Assembly: GCA_963845515.1 (NCBI GenBank)
Contig: CAWJSR010000006.1
Span: 1-64,000, forward strand
Length of the DNA stretch: 64,000 nucleotides
DNA from: an uncultured delta proteobacterium
GTDB lineage: Bacteria; Myxococcota; Myxococcia; Myxococcales; Anaeromyxobacteraceae
Reading direction: 5' to 3'
Below the pieces are notes generated by a model. It saw only the letters and a program-made list of their open reading frames with translations. It made no database searches and was not told the origin of the DNA. Shown piece by piece: positions 40,678-52,196 of the stretch. Position numbers and translations under genes: made by a program. Position 1 is the stretch's first letter. Every line of letters begins with the position of its first letter.

Positions 40678-41317
40678 TTACCGGCCATGGCCCGGAGGGC
40701 GTCGGCCACCGGCGTCATCCCGATCCTTTCCTGCCCGATCTCGATGGCCCCTTTCGGCCATCCACCTCCGCAAGCTGGCCCTGCTGACGCCCTTCTTCCT
40801 CGCGGCCTCCGACACCGGCATCCCGTGGGCCACGAGTTCGGCGGCGGCGTGGAGCATGACGGTCGAGGTCCGGGGCCGGCCGATCTTCTTCCCCTCCTTG
40901 CGGGCCCTCGCCATGCCGGCCTTGGTCCTCTCGATGAGCCTGGTCCGCTCCTGCTCCGCCACCCAGCCGAAGATGGCGACGAGGAGGGGCCGGACAGGGC
41001 TGTCGGTGTCGAGCCAGGGCTCCCGGACGGACATGACCCGGACGCCGAGCCGGTCGAAGCTCCAGGACGGTCTGGATGGCGCCCACCATGGAGCGATGGA
41101 GCCGGTCGAGGGCCCACACGGCGACGGATTGGACCCGGCCGGATCGGGCGTCGGAGAGTAGGCGGTCCAGGACGGGCCTGGCCTTGGCGGCACTCTCGAT
41201 CTCCTCGTAGATGACGGGTTCGTACCCTCGCGCCTCCACGAGGCGCTGGAGGTCCGCGAGCTGGTTCTGGACGGTCTGCCGGTCGGTGCTGACGCGGACG
41301 TAGACGGCGGCCTTCAT
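40678..41317 (-). CDS. Small serine recombinase (resolvase/invertase) with C-terminal HTH (frameshift near 41057)
   Basis: YVRVSTDRQ, RPVLDRLL, LDRLHR; then AEQER..LIERTKAGM, IGRP, GVSRASLRRW. Confidence 0.88.
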
Positions 41318-41426
41318 GATGGTGATCTCCCCGGTGACGAGCGCGGGGATCGCGCTCTCCGGGCTTATCCCGAGGACCGTCACCTCCTTGGCTCGCGCCT
41401 TCGCCCTTCCCACAGGTCGATCACCG

Positions 41427-42878
41427 CTCATGATCCCGCACATCTAGACGGGACCCATGCCGGCGTGATCTACCGCCGGCATGGGCAAAAAGCCGAGCCG
41501 TCGCGAGGTGGTACGTAACGAGTTCGCTGACGTCGACTTGGGGGACAAGCGGCGGGAGCGCCGGTCGGTGTTCGTCGCCGACAGGCTTGCCGCTCTTCCG
41601 GAGGCGAGCCTTCCGGACGCGATGCGGGGTGAGGCCAACCTCGAGGCCCTGTATCGGCACCTCGGCAACGAGGATGTGACGATGGAAGGGCTGCTCGCCC
41701 CGCATCGGGCGCGCACGGCAAAGCGCGCTCGCGCTCTTCGCGTCGTCTTCGCTCCCACGGACACGACCTCCTACAAGTTCAGTGGCGAGGCGGAACGCGA
41801 TGGGCTCGGCCCCGTCAACGCGAAGGACCAAGGCTTTCTCGCGCACGTCACGCTTCTGGTAGCCGCCGACGGGACTCGCACGCCGCTTGGCGTCATCGAG
41901 GCCGAGACATGGGTGCGCCAAGAGGTGAAGAAGTCCGAGAAGGAGTCGGCTCGCTGGGGGCGCTCGATGTTGCGCGCCGCGCAGACTGCGGAGGGGGTGT
42001 CCCTCATCCACGTCGCCGATCGCGAGAGCGACATCTACGACCTGCTGGTGGAGCTGACGGCCAAGAAGCAGCGCTTCATCTTGCGCGCGGCCCAGGACCG
42101 GAGCCTCGTCCCCCTGAAACCGGAAGACGAGACGCGCCTGTTCGAAGCTGCGCGAACGAGCCCTCCCGCCTTCGCGATCGACGTGCCGATCTCGGCGCGC
42201 AAGAGCAAGGGCAACGCGAACCAGGACAAGACGTTTCCCGTGCGCAGGTCACGCACCGCCCACCTGAGCTTTGCCTCCCTGACTGTACAGTTGAAGCGCC
42301 CGCGGCACGCGTCGAGGACGAAGGTGCAGGAGGCGTTGAAGGTGAACGTCGTCCACGTGTTCGAGCTGGGCCCGCCTCCCGGTGAGCCCCCCGTCGAGTG
42401 GCTCCTCCTCACGAGCGAGCCGGTGGGCACGCAGGACGAGATCGCCTTCGTCGTGGACGGCTACCGGACGCGCTGGGTCATCGAGGAGTACTTCAAGGCG
42501 ACGAAGACGGGCTGCGCGTTCGAGACGAGAGCAGCTCGAGTCGTTCGGGACGCTCTCGAACCTGCTCGCCTACGTGCTCGTCATCGCGTACGCGCTCATC
42601 CTGATGCGTGCGCTCTCTCGGACGGGGCGAGACGAACCGGCCAGCGCCGTCCTCGCGCCCACGCAGATCAAGATCCTGCGGGCCCTGAACAAGAAGCTCC
42701 CGCCGAAGCTCACCGTGCGAACGGCGCTCCTCGCCATCGCCAGCCTGGGCGGCCACCTCAAGAACAACGGCGACCCAGGCTGGCGAACCCTCAGCAAGGG
42801 CTGGCGAAAGCTCATCGACTACGAGGCCGGCTACGAACTCGCCGTGGCCCTCGGCGCCCTGAAGTGATCAATCATGAG
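41427..42878 (+). mobile_element. IS4-family (IS50/Tn5-like) insertion sequence, 1452 bp
   Basis: Ends CTCATGATCCCGCACATC and CTCATGATTGATCACTTC (reverse complement); 9-bp direct repeat CGATCACCG at 41418-41426 and 42879-42887. Confidence 0.9.
41481..42867 (+). CDS. IS4-family DDE transposase (frameshift near 42530)
   Basis: LGDKRR, DTT, VADRESDIY, WLLLT, YRTRWVIEEYFKATK (YREK), LGGHL...PGWRTL. Confidence 0.9.
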
Positions 42879-42898
42879 CGATCACCGGGGGGATCCTC

Positions 42899-43144
42899 GT
42901 GAGCATGGACACGCCCACCACGGCGCCCCGCACCCCCGCCCAGACCGCCGCCTCGATGACGAACGGAGCCACCAGCACCGGCCCGGTGACGCCCACCGGG
43001 AAGGCGATCAGCTCCGCCAACGGCACCATCCACGGTCTCGCTTCACGCGGCGTCCTGCTCCCGTCCGAGAGGGCCGAGGAGTACGAGGGGAACCAAGAGG
43101 CCCCGACGGAACCAAGAGGCCCAAGAGGCCCCGACCGAGAGTAA
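42899..43144 (+). pseudogene. Apparently truncated conserved hypothetical protein
   Basis: ASMTNGATSTGPVTPTGKAISSANGTIHGL...LLPSE..EEY resembles the N-terminus of a longer family (recalled); the frame then runs into repeat DNA at 43089. Confidence 0.5.
43089..43144 (+). repeat. Left repeat cluster flanking the HUH transposase
   Basis: GGAACCAAGAGGCCCCGAC / GGAACCAAGAGGC / CCAAGAGGCCCCGACCGAGAGTAA. Confidence 0.85.
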
Positions 43145-43375
43145 CCGTCGACGCAGGGCGAATACCGCCGTGACGAGGGACCAGAGTTGGACGGCGGAAG
43201 AGGAGAAGCCTCGGCCGACTGCGGCGACGGGACGCAACGAGCGTAACGACGTTCCAGACCACGCTCCAGGTTGGCGACCACCCCATCGCAAGGGCGTCAT
43301 GGAGGCATGGCTCGGCCCTTGGCGTCTCGCATCGAGACGCCGTCGATCGGTCAGGGTGCTGAGATCGGGCAGGCG

Positions 43376-44272
43376 CTACCCGTAATCGACGCAACACGCA
43401 GCGTGCACGACGCGCATGTGCCAGGTGCCCGGCGGGAAGAGGGCGTCGCGGGCGCCGCTTCTCCACTTGGCGAGCGCCGCCTTGTACGCGATCACGAACT
43501 CCTTCAGCCGCTGGAGCGTCTCGATCCGCTTCCACTTGCTCCGGCACGCGACGCGGGGCTTCAACTGGCGCCGCGGCTCGCCCGACGCCGGGCGGGCGTC
43601 GACGTCCTGACAGAGCACGCCGGCGACGCCGAGGAACGGGCGCCCCTCGCTATCGATCCTCGAGATGGCCACCTGCTCCGCCTCGGCGAGGGACTCGAGG
43701 AGGAGATTCACGAACGACGCATGATCCTTGAAGGCCGGCGGCGGGACGAGCTGAAGCTCGACGACGTCCGGCAGGTCTCCCTTCTCGTCGAAGAAGCCCT
43801 TGGGCTTCCGGATCTTGAGTGGCTCGCCGCCGATCAGGCGCGGGTCGGACCAGGGCCCCGGCCAGTCCGATGCCCGGCGCACGAGCCCTGCGGCGACGGG
43901 GTTCGCGAGGATGTAGACCAGCTTGTCGAGCACGTCGACGGCGCCGACGAGCCTGACGGCGCTGTAGCTCTCGCGGTCCCAGAAGCCCTCCCAGCGCCCG
44001 AGGGAGCAGTTCGTGGCCCTCGCTACGAGCGCGTGGAAGTCGCGCGCGAAGTCGGGGAGGAGCCCGATGGTGTCGGTGATCCCCAGGTGATGGTGGTTCG
44101 ACATGACGCAGAAGGCGTGGACCTGCATCCGGTAGCGCTGCGCATAGAGCGCGAGGGCATACAGGAAGATGTCCCGGGTCTTCTTGCAGGGCTTGAGGAA
44201 GAAGCGGCGCTCCGAGCAACGGCGCGAGAGCATCCAGGTCGTCCCTGCGAAGATCTGGCGAGGAGCAGTCAC
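43376..44272 (-). CDS. RAYT-like HUH (Y1) tyrosine transposase
   Basis: HAFCVMSNHHHL (HUH), FWDRESY, YILANPVAAGLV...DWPG. Confidence 0.85.
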   Translation of the reverse strand: MTAPRQIFAGTTWMLSRRCSERRFFLKPCKKTRDIFLYALALYAQRYRMQVHAFCVMSNHHHLGITDTIGLLPDFARDFHALVARATNCSLGRWEGFWDRESYSAVRLVGAVDVLDKLVYILANPVAAGLVRRASDWPGPWSDPRLIGGEPLKIRKPKGFFDEKGDLPDVVELQLVPPPAFKDHASFVNLLLESLAEAEQVAISRIDSEGRPFLGVAGVLCQDVDARPASGEPRRQLKPRVACRSKWKRIETLQRLKEFVIAYKAALAKWRSGARDALFPPGTWHMRVVHAACCVDYG

Positions 44273-44373
44273 GCCGCGCCGTAGGGCAACGGGCATGCCG
44301 AGCGGCCCCGTCAGTGCTTTCGCTGGGGATGCGAGAATGGTACCGTCCGCGGGCAGGACGCACGGTCCGCGGA

Positions 44374-44444
44374 TGATTACTCTCGGTCGGGGCTTACGGT
44401 CGGGGCTAGTGATTACTCTCGGTCGGGGCTTAGATTACGCTCGG
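44374..44444 (-). repeat. Right repeat cluster, inverted relative to the left
   Basis: 23-bp TGATTACTCTCGGTCGGGGCTTA at 44374 and 44410, partial CGGTCGGGGCT at 44397, degenerate GATTACGCTCGG at 44433. Confidence 0.85.
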
Positions 44445-46821
44445 AACGGCTGGCGCAGGGTCCCGCGTCAGGCCGTCGGTGGCGGACTCTCGGGGGGGCC
44501 TTCTTCGCGAGGGCCCCCGAGATGGCCTGGGTGAGGTCGGCGACGGTGTATGGCTTGGCGACCGTCCCCGCGAAGCCGTAGTCGCCGAAGGAGGCCATCA
44601 CCGGATCGTTCGAGTAGCCGCTCGTCGCGACGCCGACGACGCCCGGATCGATCGCCCGGATCTGCTTCATCGCCTCGGCTCCACCCATTCCTCCCGGGAC
44701 GGTGAGGTCCATGAGCAGCAGATCGAAGCGCTGCCCGCGCTCGGAGGCGGCGCGGACCCGCGCCACGGCCTCGCCACCGTCTGCCGCCCCCTCCACCTCG
44801 AAGCCGAGCCGCGCCAGGATGACCATCGCGACCTTGCGGACCGCAGGCTCGTCGTCCATGACCAGCACGTGCCCGCGCTCGCGCGCGGCGGGAGCGGCCC
44901 GGGCGGCGCGCGGCTCCGGGGCCGCCGCCCTCGTCGCCGCCGGGAGGTAGACGTCGAAGGTGGTCCCCTCGCCCTGCCTGGAGGTGACGGTCACGTGGCC
45001 ACCGTGCTTGTGCGTGATCGAGTAGACCGAGGCGAGCCCCAGGCCGTGTCCGCCGGCCCTGGTGGTGAAGTAGGGGTCGAAGATCCGCGGCAGGTGCTCG
45101 GGCGGGATCCCCGAGCCCTGGTCAGTCACCTCGAGCCGCACGTACGGACCCGCGGGCAGCGACGGGACCTGGCCGTCCGCGAGCTCCACGTTGGCGCAGG
45201 AGATCCTGATCAGCCCACCCCGAGGCATCGCCTGGACGGCGTTGATGACGAGGTTGTGGACCACCTGGCCGAGCTGGCCTCCGTCGGCCTCGACCGCCCA
45301 GAGATCCGGGGCGAAGTCGTGCTCGGCTCGGACGGACGAGCCGCTGAGCGCGAAGCGGGAGGACTCCTCGACGATGGCTCGGACCGTGATCACCTTCTTC
45401 ACGGGGGTGCCTCCCCTGGAGAAGGTTAGCAGCTGCTGGGTCAGGGAGCGGGTCCGAAGGGTGGCCTGCTCCGCCTCGCCCAGCAGCTCGGTCGCCTCGA
45501 CGGGATCGTGGATCACCTCGCGCGCGAGCGAGATGTTCCCGAGGATGCCCATCAGCAGATTGTTGAAGTCGTGTGCGATGCCGCCCGCCAGCACGCCGAG
45601 CGACTCGAGCTTCCTCATCGTGAGGAGCTCGCCCTCCAGCCGCCTGCGCTCGGTCAGGTCGACGAAGGTGACCACCGCGCCGGCTCCCTGCCCGTCGCGG
45701 AACATCGGGTAGGACCAGATCTCCACCGGGAAGCGGGTGCCGTCGGCCCTCCAGAGCAGCTCGTCGTCGGAGTGGTATCCCTTCCGGTCACGCAGCGTCC
45801 GGTAGATCCGGCAGTCCTCCTCCAGGACCTTCCCGCCGTCCGCCGCCGAGTGGTGGACGAGCGCGTGCATGTTCCGGCCGATCAGCTCCTCGGGAGCCGA
45901 GTAGCCGAGCATCCGGGCGCACGCCGGGTTGCAGAAGGTGCAGAGCCCGTCCGGGGAGATGCCGTAGATCGCCTCGGCCGTCGACTCCAAGAGGAGCCGA
46001 ACGTGGGCCTCGCGCTCGGCAACCGCCTCCTGCGCCCGCGTCCTGGCGGCGAGCGCCTCGGTCAGCTGCTCGGTGCGGTGCGCGACGGTGGACTCGAGGT
46101 CGGTCTGGGACACCAGCGTCGTCGCCAGCCGCTCCGCCATGTCGTTGAAGGCGCGGCCGATCTCCCCGATCTCGTCCTGTCGTCTCGCGATGGCCAGGCG
46201 GCGGCGCAGATCTCCAGCCCCGACTCCGCGGATCCCCTCCAGCAGCGGAGTGATCGAGCTCCTGAGGAGCAGCCGCACGAAGCCGGCGCCGACGAGCGCG
46301 GCGATGAGCGCCGCGCCGACCACGCCCGAGGCGGTCCGGGCGAGCAGCCCGAGCCGGCGGACCTCCAGCTGCGAGAGGTCGACGCCGAGCGCGATCGAGC
46401 CCACCACGCGCCCCTCCCGCGCCTCATCCACCTCGCCGAAGCGCACGCCCGCCCCGCGGTGGCGCGCGCCGTCCGGGTACTCCCGGACGGGGTGGTCGAA
46501 CTCCACGACGCTGCCGCGCGCCGCAGCGACCCAGCGGCCGGCGCGGACCTCGCCGTCGGCCGACTTCACGAAGACGTACGCGATCTCGCGGTCGACGATC
46601 GAGCCGATGAGCGCGGCGTCCACCGCGTCGTAGTCCCCCGCCACGACGTCGGCGCTGATGTGGGCAGCGAGGTGTTCGCCGAGCAGCTCGATCCGGCGGT
46701 CCAGCTCGCTCCGGAGGGTGCGCTCCTCCTCGACGACGAAGAACCACCCGAGCGTGCCGCCGAGCAAGAGGACGGTCGCGAGGACGATGAGGTTGATCTT
46801 GAAGGCGATCCCTACGCGCAC
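44413..46821 (-). CDS. Hybrid sensor histidine kinase (TM-HAMP-PAS-HisKA-HATPase-REC)
   Basis: DEIGEIGRAFNDM, AHDFNNLL, NAVQAM, GHGLGL, LVMDDE, MDLTVP; exact 3' end uncertain (G run near 44491). Confidence 0.9.
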   Translation of the reverse strand: MRVGIAFKINLIVLATVLLLGGTLGWFFVVEEERTLRSELDRRIELLGEHLAAHISADVVAGDYDAVDAALIGSIVDREIAYVFVKSADGEVRAGRWVAAARGSVVEFDHPVREYPDGARHRGAGVRFGEVDEAREGRVVGSIALGVDLSQLEVRRLGLLARTASGVVGAALIAALVGAGFVRLLLRSSITPLLEGIRGVGAGDLRRRLAIARRQDEIGEIGRAFNDMAERLATTLVSQTDLESTVAHRTEQLTEALAARTRAQEAVAEREAHVRLLLESTAEAIYGISPDGLCTFCNPACARMLGYSAPEELIGRNMHALVHHSAADGGKVLEEDCRIYRTLRDRKGYHSDDELLWRADGTRFPVEIWSYPMFRDGQGAGAVVTFVDLTERRRLEGELLTMRKLESLGVLAGGIAHDFNNLLMGILGNISLAREVIHDPVEATELLGEAEQATLRTRSLTQQLLTFSRGGTPVKKVITVRAIVEESSRFALSGSSVRAEHDFAPDLWAVEADGGQLGQVVHNLVINAVQAMPRGGLIRISCANVELADGQVPSLPAGPYVRLEVTDQGSGIPPEHLPRIFDPYFTTRAGGHGLGLASVYSITHKHGGHVTVTSRQGEGTTFDVYLPAATRAAAPEPRAARAAPAARERGHVLVMDDEPAVRKVAMVILARLGFEVEGAADGGEAVARVRAASERGQRFDLLLMDLTVPGGMGGAEAMKQIRAIDPGVVGVATSGYSNDPVMASFGDYGFAGTVAKPYTVADLTQAISGALAKKAPPRVRHRRPDAGPCASRSERNLSPDRE

Positions 46822-46847
46822 GGAGCCCCCCGCCGCCCGGCGGCCGG

Positions 46848-47859
46848 TCAGCCCTCCTTGAAGCCGATGGTGTAGCGGAACGATCCCGGCAGGCAGTAGT
46901 CGAGCGGGCGGCCGTCCACCTCGCAGTACGGGTACATGAAGTAGTTCACCTTCGCGGAGTTCCCCTCCGGGAAGTCGAGGCCACGTCCGCCCTTCTGGAG
47001 CTGGATCCGGAACTCGTCCACGCCGCCGAAGTAGTACTCGCGGTAGGGCTTCGCGGCCGCGAGGTCGAGCTTCTTCGCCAGCATCACCGTCCGCACGTCT
47101 GCCGGATCCACGGGCACCCAGCCGGTGCCGGGCAGGTAGAACTCGGCCCAGCAGTGATGGCCGTCGGTGATGTCGGTCTGCCCCGGCTGTCCGAGCCGCA
47201 GACCGAAGACCTCGCGGGCGGGGACGCCTGCGGCCCGCGCGACGGCGACGAAGACCGAGCTGATGTCCGCGCACTTCCCGGTCCGCTGCGCGATGGTCAC
47301 CTCCACCTTGCCGAGGCCGCAGCCCTGGCACGGCGGGATCGCGCTTCGTGTTCTCGACGACCCAGTCGTAGACCGCGCGGGCCCTGGCGAGGGTCCCCTT
47401 CTTCCCCGCCGTCACCTGCGCGGCCACCGCCTTGACGCGCGGATCCTCGACGGGGACGAAGAACTCGGACTCCAGGAACTTGCGGACCTCGACAGGGAAG
47501 GGCCCGTCGCCGTTCACGAGCGTCTTGACGCGCTGCGCCCTCGACCTCGCGTGGAACGAGACGGTGAGCCTGCGCTCCTCCATTGGCGCCTTCCACTCGG
47601 TGTAGAGGTAGAGGGCGCCGCTGTTGGGCTCGCGCGAGAAGCTGAAGGTCGAGTAGTTGCCCTCGAAGCGAAGGTTGGAGATCGACTGGTCCAGATCGGA
47701 CGTCGGGTAGGGGAACCAGAGCTTCACGTTCCTGGCGCCACTGGGCGCTGCGACCTCGATCGAGAAGGTGACCGTGCCCGCGCGCTCAGCAGCGAGCGCC
47801 GGACCCGCGGCGAGCGAGAGCGCCGTGCAGAGAAGACCGCCGATGTTCGTTGGCCGCAT
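46848..47859 (-). CDS. Exported transglutaminase-like protein (frameshift near 47328)
   Basis: Signal peptide; removing one base gives RDPAVQGCGLG; GKCADISSVF, HCWAEF, WVPVDP triad. Confidence 0.85.
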
Positions 47860-48010
47860 TTCACCCCCGCGCGCGACGTCGCAGCCTCGCGACGGCGAGT
47901 GAGAACGTTACCTCGCTACGCGCGGCCAGATCGACCGGCGGTGGCCGAAAACGAACGCTTTTCTCACCGAGCGCGTCAGTCCGAAGGGGGCTGCGCGTGT
48001 GGCGCGCGCG

Positions 48011-49420
48011 CTATCCGCGCCCGGCGCGCGTGAGCTTCATCGGGTCGAGCAGCCGCCTGGCGTCAGCGAGGGTGAGCCCGCCCATCTCCACCGCCAGCTC
48101 CACGATCGAGCGGCCCGTCCGCGTCGACTCCTTCACGATCCGGGCTGCCTCGGCGTAGCCGAGACGTGGGGCCAGCGCGGTCGCGAGGCTGACGGTCCGC
48201 TCGGCGTTGAGCCGGCAGCGGGCAGCGTCGGGCTCGAGGCCACGGGCGCAGCGCCGGTCGAAGGCGCGGACCGCCGCCGCGAGGATCTCGAGGGCGTGAC
48301 ACAGATCCCACGCCACCAGCGGCATCATCACGTTCAGCTCCTGCTGGCCGCCGGCGGCGGCCCACGCGATCGCCCCGTCCATGCCGATCACCTGGTAGCC
48401 GACCATGGCCAGCATCTCCGCCATCGACGGGTTCACCTTCCCCGGCATGATCGAGGAGCCTGGCTGGACCGGGGGGAGGCGAAGCTCGGCGAGGCCGGTG
48501 TTGGGGCCGCTGCCGAGGAGCCGGATGTCGCCGCCGATCCGCACGAGCTCCAGCGCGGAGGTTCGGAGCGTGCCGGAGAGCGCCACGAACGGTGCGAGCG
48601 ACTGCATCGCGTAGAACGGGTTGGGGGCCGGTGTCAGCGGCACCCCGGTGAGCCTCTCCAGCTCCCTGACGACGAGGGGACGGTAGCGCGGGTGGGCGTT
48701 GAGCCCGGTGCCGACCGCGGTGCCGCCGAGCCCGAGGAGGGAGAGCTCGGGGAGCGCGTCGCGGATCCGCCCGGCCGCCGCTCGGAGCGCCGCCGCCCAA
48801 CCGGACACCTCCTGGCCGAGCAGGATCGGCGTCGCGTCCATCAGGTGCGTCCGCCCCGACTTCACGATCCCCTCCCATCGGCGCGCCTTCCCCTCGAAGG
48901 TCGCGGCGAGCGCCTGGATGGCGTCGGCGGTCTCGGGCGCGAGCTCCAGCGCGGCGAGGCGCATTGCGGTCGGCACCACGTCGTTGGTCGACTGCGCCAT
49001 GTTCACGTCGTCGTTGGGATCGACCAGCCGCTCGGATCCGCGGCGGCCGCCCAGGAGCTCCGTCGCGCGGTTGGCCAGGACCTCGTTGACGTTCATGTGG
49101 TGCGACGTCCCGGCGCCCGCCTGGTAGGCATCGACCACGAACTGGTCGCGCCAGCGCCCGGCGAGGACCTCCTTCGCCGCGGCCTCGATGGCGCGCGCCT
49201 TCTTCAGGGGGAGGAGCCGCAGCCGGCCGTTCACCCGGGCGGCCGCGATCTTGATCTTGATGGTCGCGTCGACGAAGGCGGGGTGGGCGCGCAGCGAGGA
49301 GATGGGGAAGTTCTCCACCGCGCGCGCCGTCTGGGCGCCGTAGAGGGCGCTGGCGGGGACGCGCATCTCCCCCATCGTGTCCTTCTCGATCCTCGTGCGC
49401 TGCCTCGTGCGGGTCGCCAT
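48011..49420 (-). CDS. Class II fumarase / aspartate ammonia-lyase family enzyme
   Basis: YGAQTARA, GTSHHMNVNEV, GRTHLMDATP, GSSIMPGKVNP. Confidence 0.92.
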   Translation of the reverse strand: MATRTRQRTRIEKDTMGEMRVPASALYGAQTARAVENFPISSLRAHPAFVDATIKIKIAAARVNGRLRLLPLKKARAIEAAAKEVLAGRWRDQFVVDAYQAGAGTSHHMNVNEVLANRATELLGGRRGSERLVDPNDDVNMAQSTNDVVPTAMRLAALELAPETADAIQALAATFEGKARRWEGIVKSGRTHLMDATPILLGQEVSGWAAALRAAAGRIRDALPELSLLGLGGTAVGTGLNAHPRYRPLVVRELERLTGVPLTPAPNPFYAMQSLAPFVALSGTLRTSALELVRIGGDIRLLGSGPNTGLAELRLPPVQPGSSIMPGKVNPSMAEMLAMVGYQVIGMDGAIAWAAAGGQQELNVMMPLVAWDLCHALEILAAAVRAFDRRCARGLEPDAARCRLNAERTVSLATALAPRLGYAEAARIVKESTRTGRSIVELAVEMGGLTLADARRLLDPMKLTRAGRG

Positions 49421-49483
49421 GGCGGGCTCCAGTCCCAGTAGATGTGGGATTGGTACCGGAGTATGCCGCAGCGAGGGGAGCCC

Positions 49484-49645
49484 AAATTGGAAGAGGCCCG
49501 CATGAGCGGGCCCCTTCGTAGCTAACTCAACGCTCTCTTCGGTTCGAGCGTGACCCCGGTCTTCAATCCGGGCTGGACTGCAAGTCGATGTGGGACTGCG
49601 ACGGCTCTACGATGCCTGCCTCCCTTGTTGTTTCGTTCGACTTCA
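49484..49645 (-). ncRNA. Candidate structured small RNA or leader with four stem-loops
   Basis: TATGAT -10-like box at 49651-49656 (minus); hairpins at 49580-49599, 49555-49572, 49530-49551 and a terminator-like one at 49490-49517; no credible ORF. Confidence 0.5.
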
Positions 49646-49794
49646 AAAGGATCATAAGCACAGTTCGGGGCGGCGCACGAAGGATCGATCGAAGATTTTC
49701 AGCCGCCGAGATCTCGCGGGGAAATTGCGTCGACAATCTGCGGAGATGGCCCCGAGGACTGTCGGGGGTGCCACGAACAGGGCTTGCGCCTGCC

Positions 49795-51555
<1,761 letters not shown>

Positions 51556-51731
51556 GCGGCGCACTCTACACCGGCGGCCCCACGTGGGCCGAAGGGGGGC
51601 TAGACGGCTGGCGCGAGAGAAGGCTCGACTTCACGGGAAGGACGGGTCGGCGCGCGCTGCAGGTCGCGGCGTGCCCGGAGCCCGGCGCCCAGTCGGGGCT
51701 CGTGAACCACCGAACCCAGGAGCGTGAAGCG

Positions 51732-52196
51732 ATGGCAATGGGAATGAAGGATGCCGAGGCTGCCCTCGATCACATCGACAGCGCCGTCACCCGGCTCTTC
51801 CGCCGGATGGCCGACTGGACCGTGAAGGTGCTGGTCCCGGTCGCGATCCTGGCGCTGATGATGGGGGTGGCCAGGGTCCTTCTGGACCTCTGGCACGTCT
51901 GGAAGAGCCCCACGATCGGGGAGGGCTTCGACCTCCTCGTCGCCGACATCCTCTCGGCCTTCGTGGTGATCGAGCTGCTGAAGAGCATCGTCGAGTACTT
52001 CGACGCGCACCACCTGAAGATCGTCCTGATCCTGGACGCGGCGGTCGTCTTCCTGCTCCGCGAGTCGATGATCGGGGTCTTTCAGCACAAGCTCTCGGCC
52101 GCCGAGGTCGCCGCGCTCGCGGCGTTGCTCGCGGTCGTCGGGGCGTTCCGCGTGGCAGCGGCTCGCCTGCTACCAGAGGAAGGAGGAGTCAGATGA
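51732..52196 (+). CDS. PsiE-like membrane protein
   Basis: Four TMs; ILSAFVVIELLKSIVEYF, VFLLRE. Confidence 0.75.
   Translation: MAMGMKDAEAALDHIDSAVTRLFRRMADWTVKVLVPVAILALMMGVARVLLDLWHVWKSPTIGEGFDLLVADILSAFVVIELLKSIVEYFDAHHLKIVLILDAAVVFLLRESMIGVFQHKLSAAEVAALAALLAVVGAFRVAAARLLPEEGGVR

Noticed and set aside
42520..42540. Programmed frameshift in the IS4 transposase
   Set aside because: No slippery heptamer seen, IS4-family transposases are normally single ORFs, and indels are common across this window.
43089..44444. Repeat clusters as a CRISPR array
   Set aside because: Units are partial and abutting, with no unique spacers and no cas genes.
44413..47859. Apparent 1148-aa transglutaminase-kinase fusion
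   Set aside because: A single extra base near 47328 shifts the transglutaminase into the kinase frame; the catalytic half ends at 46848.
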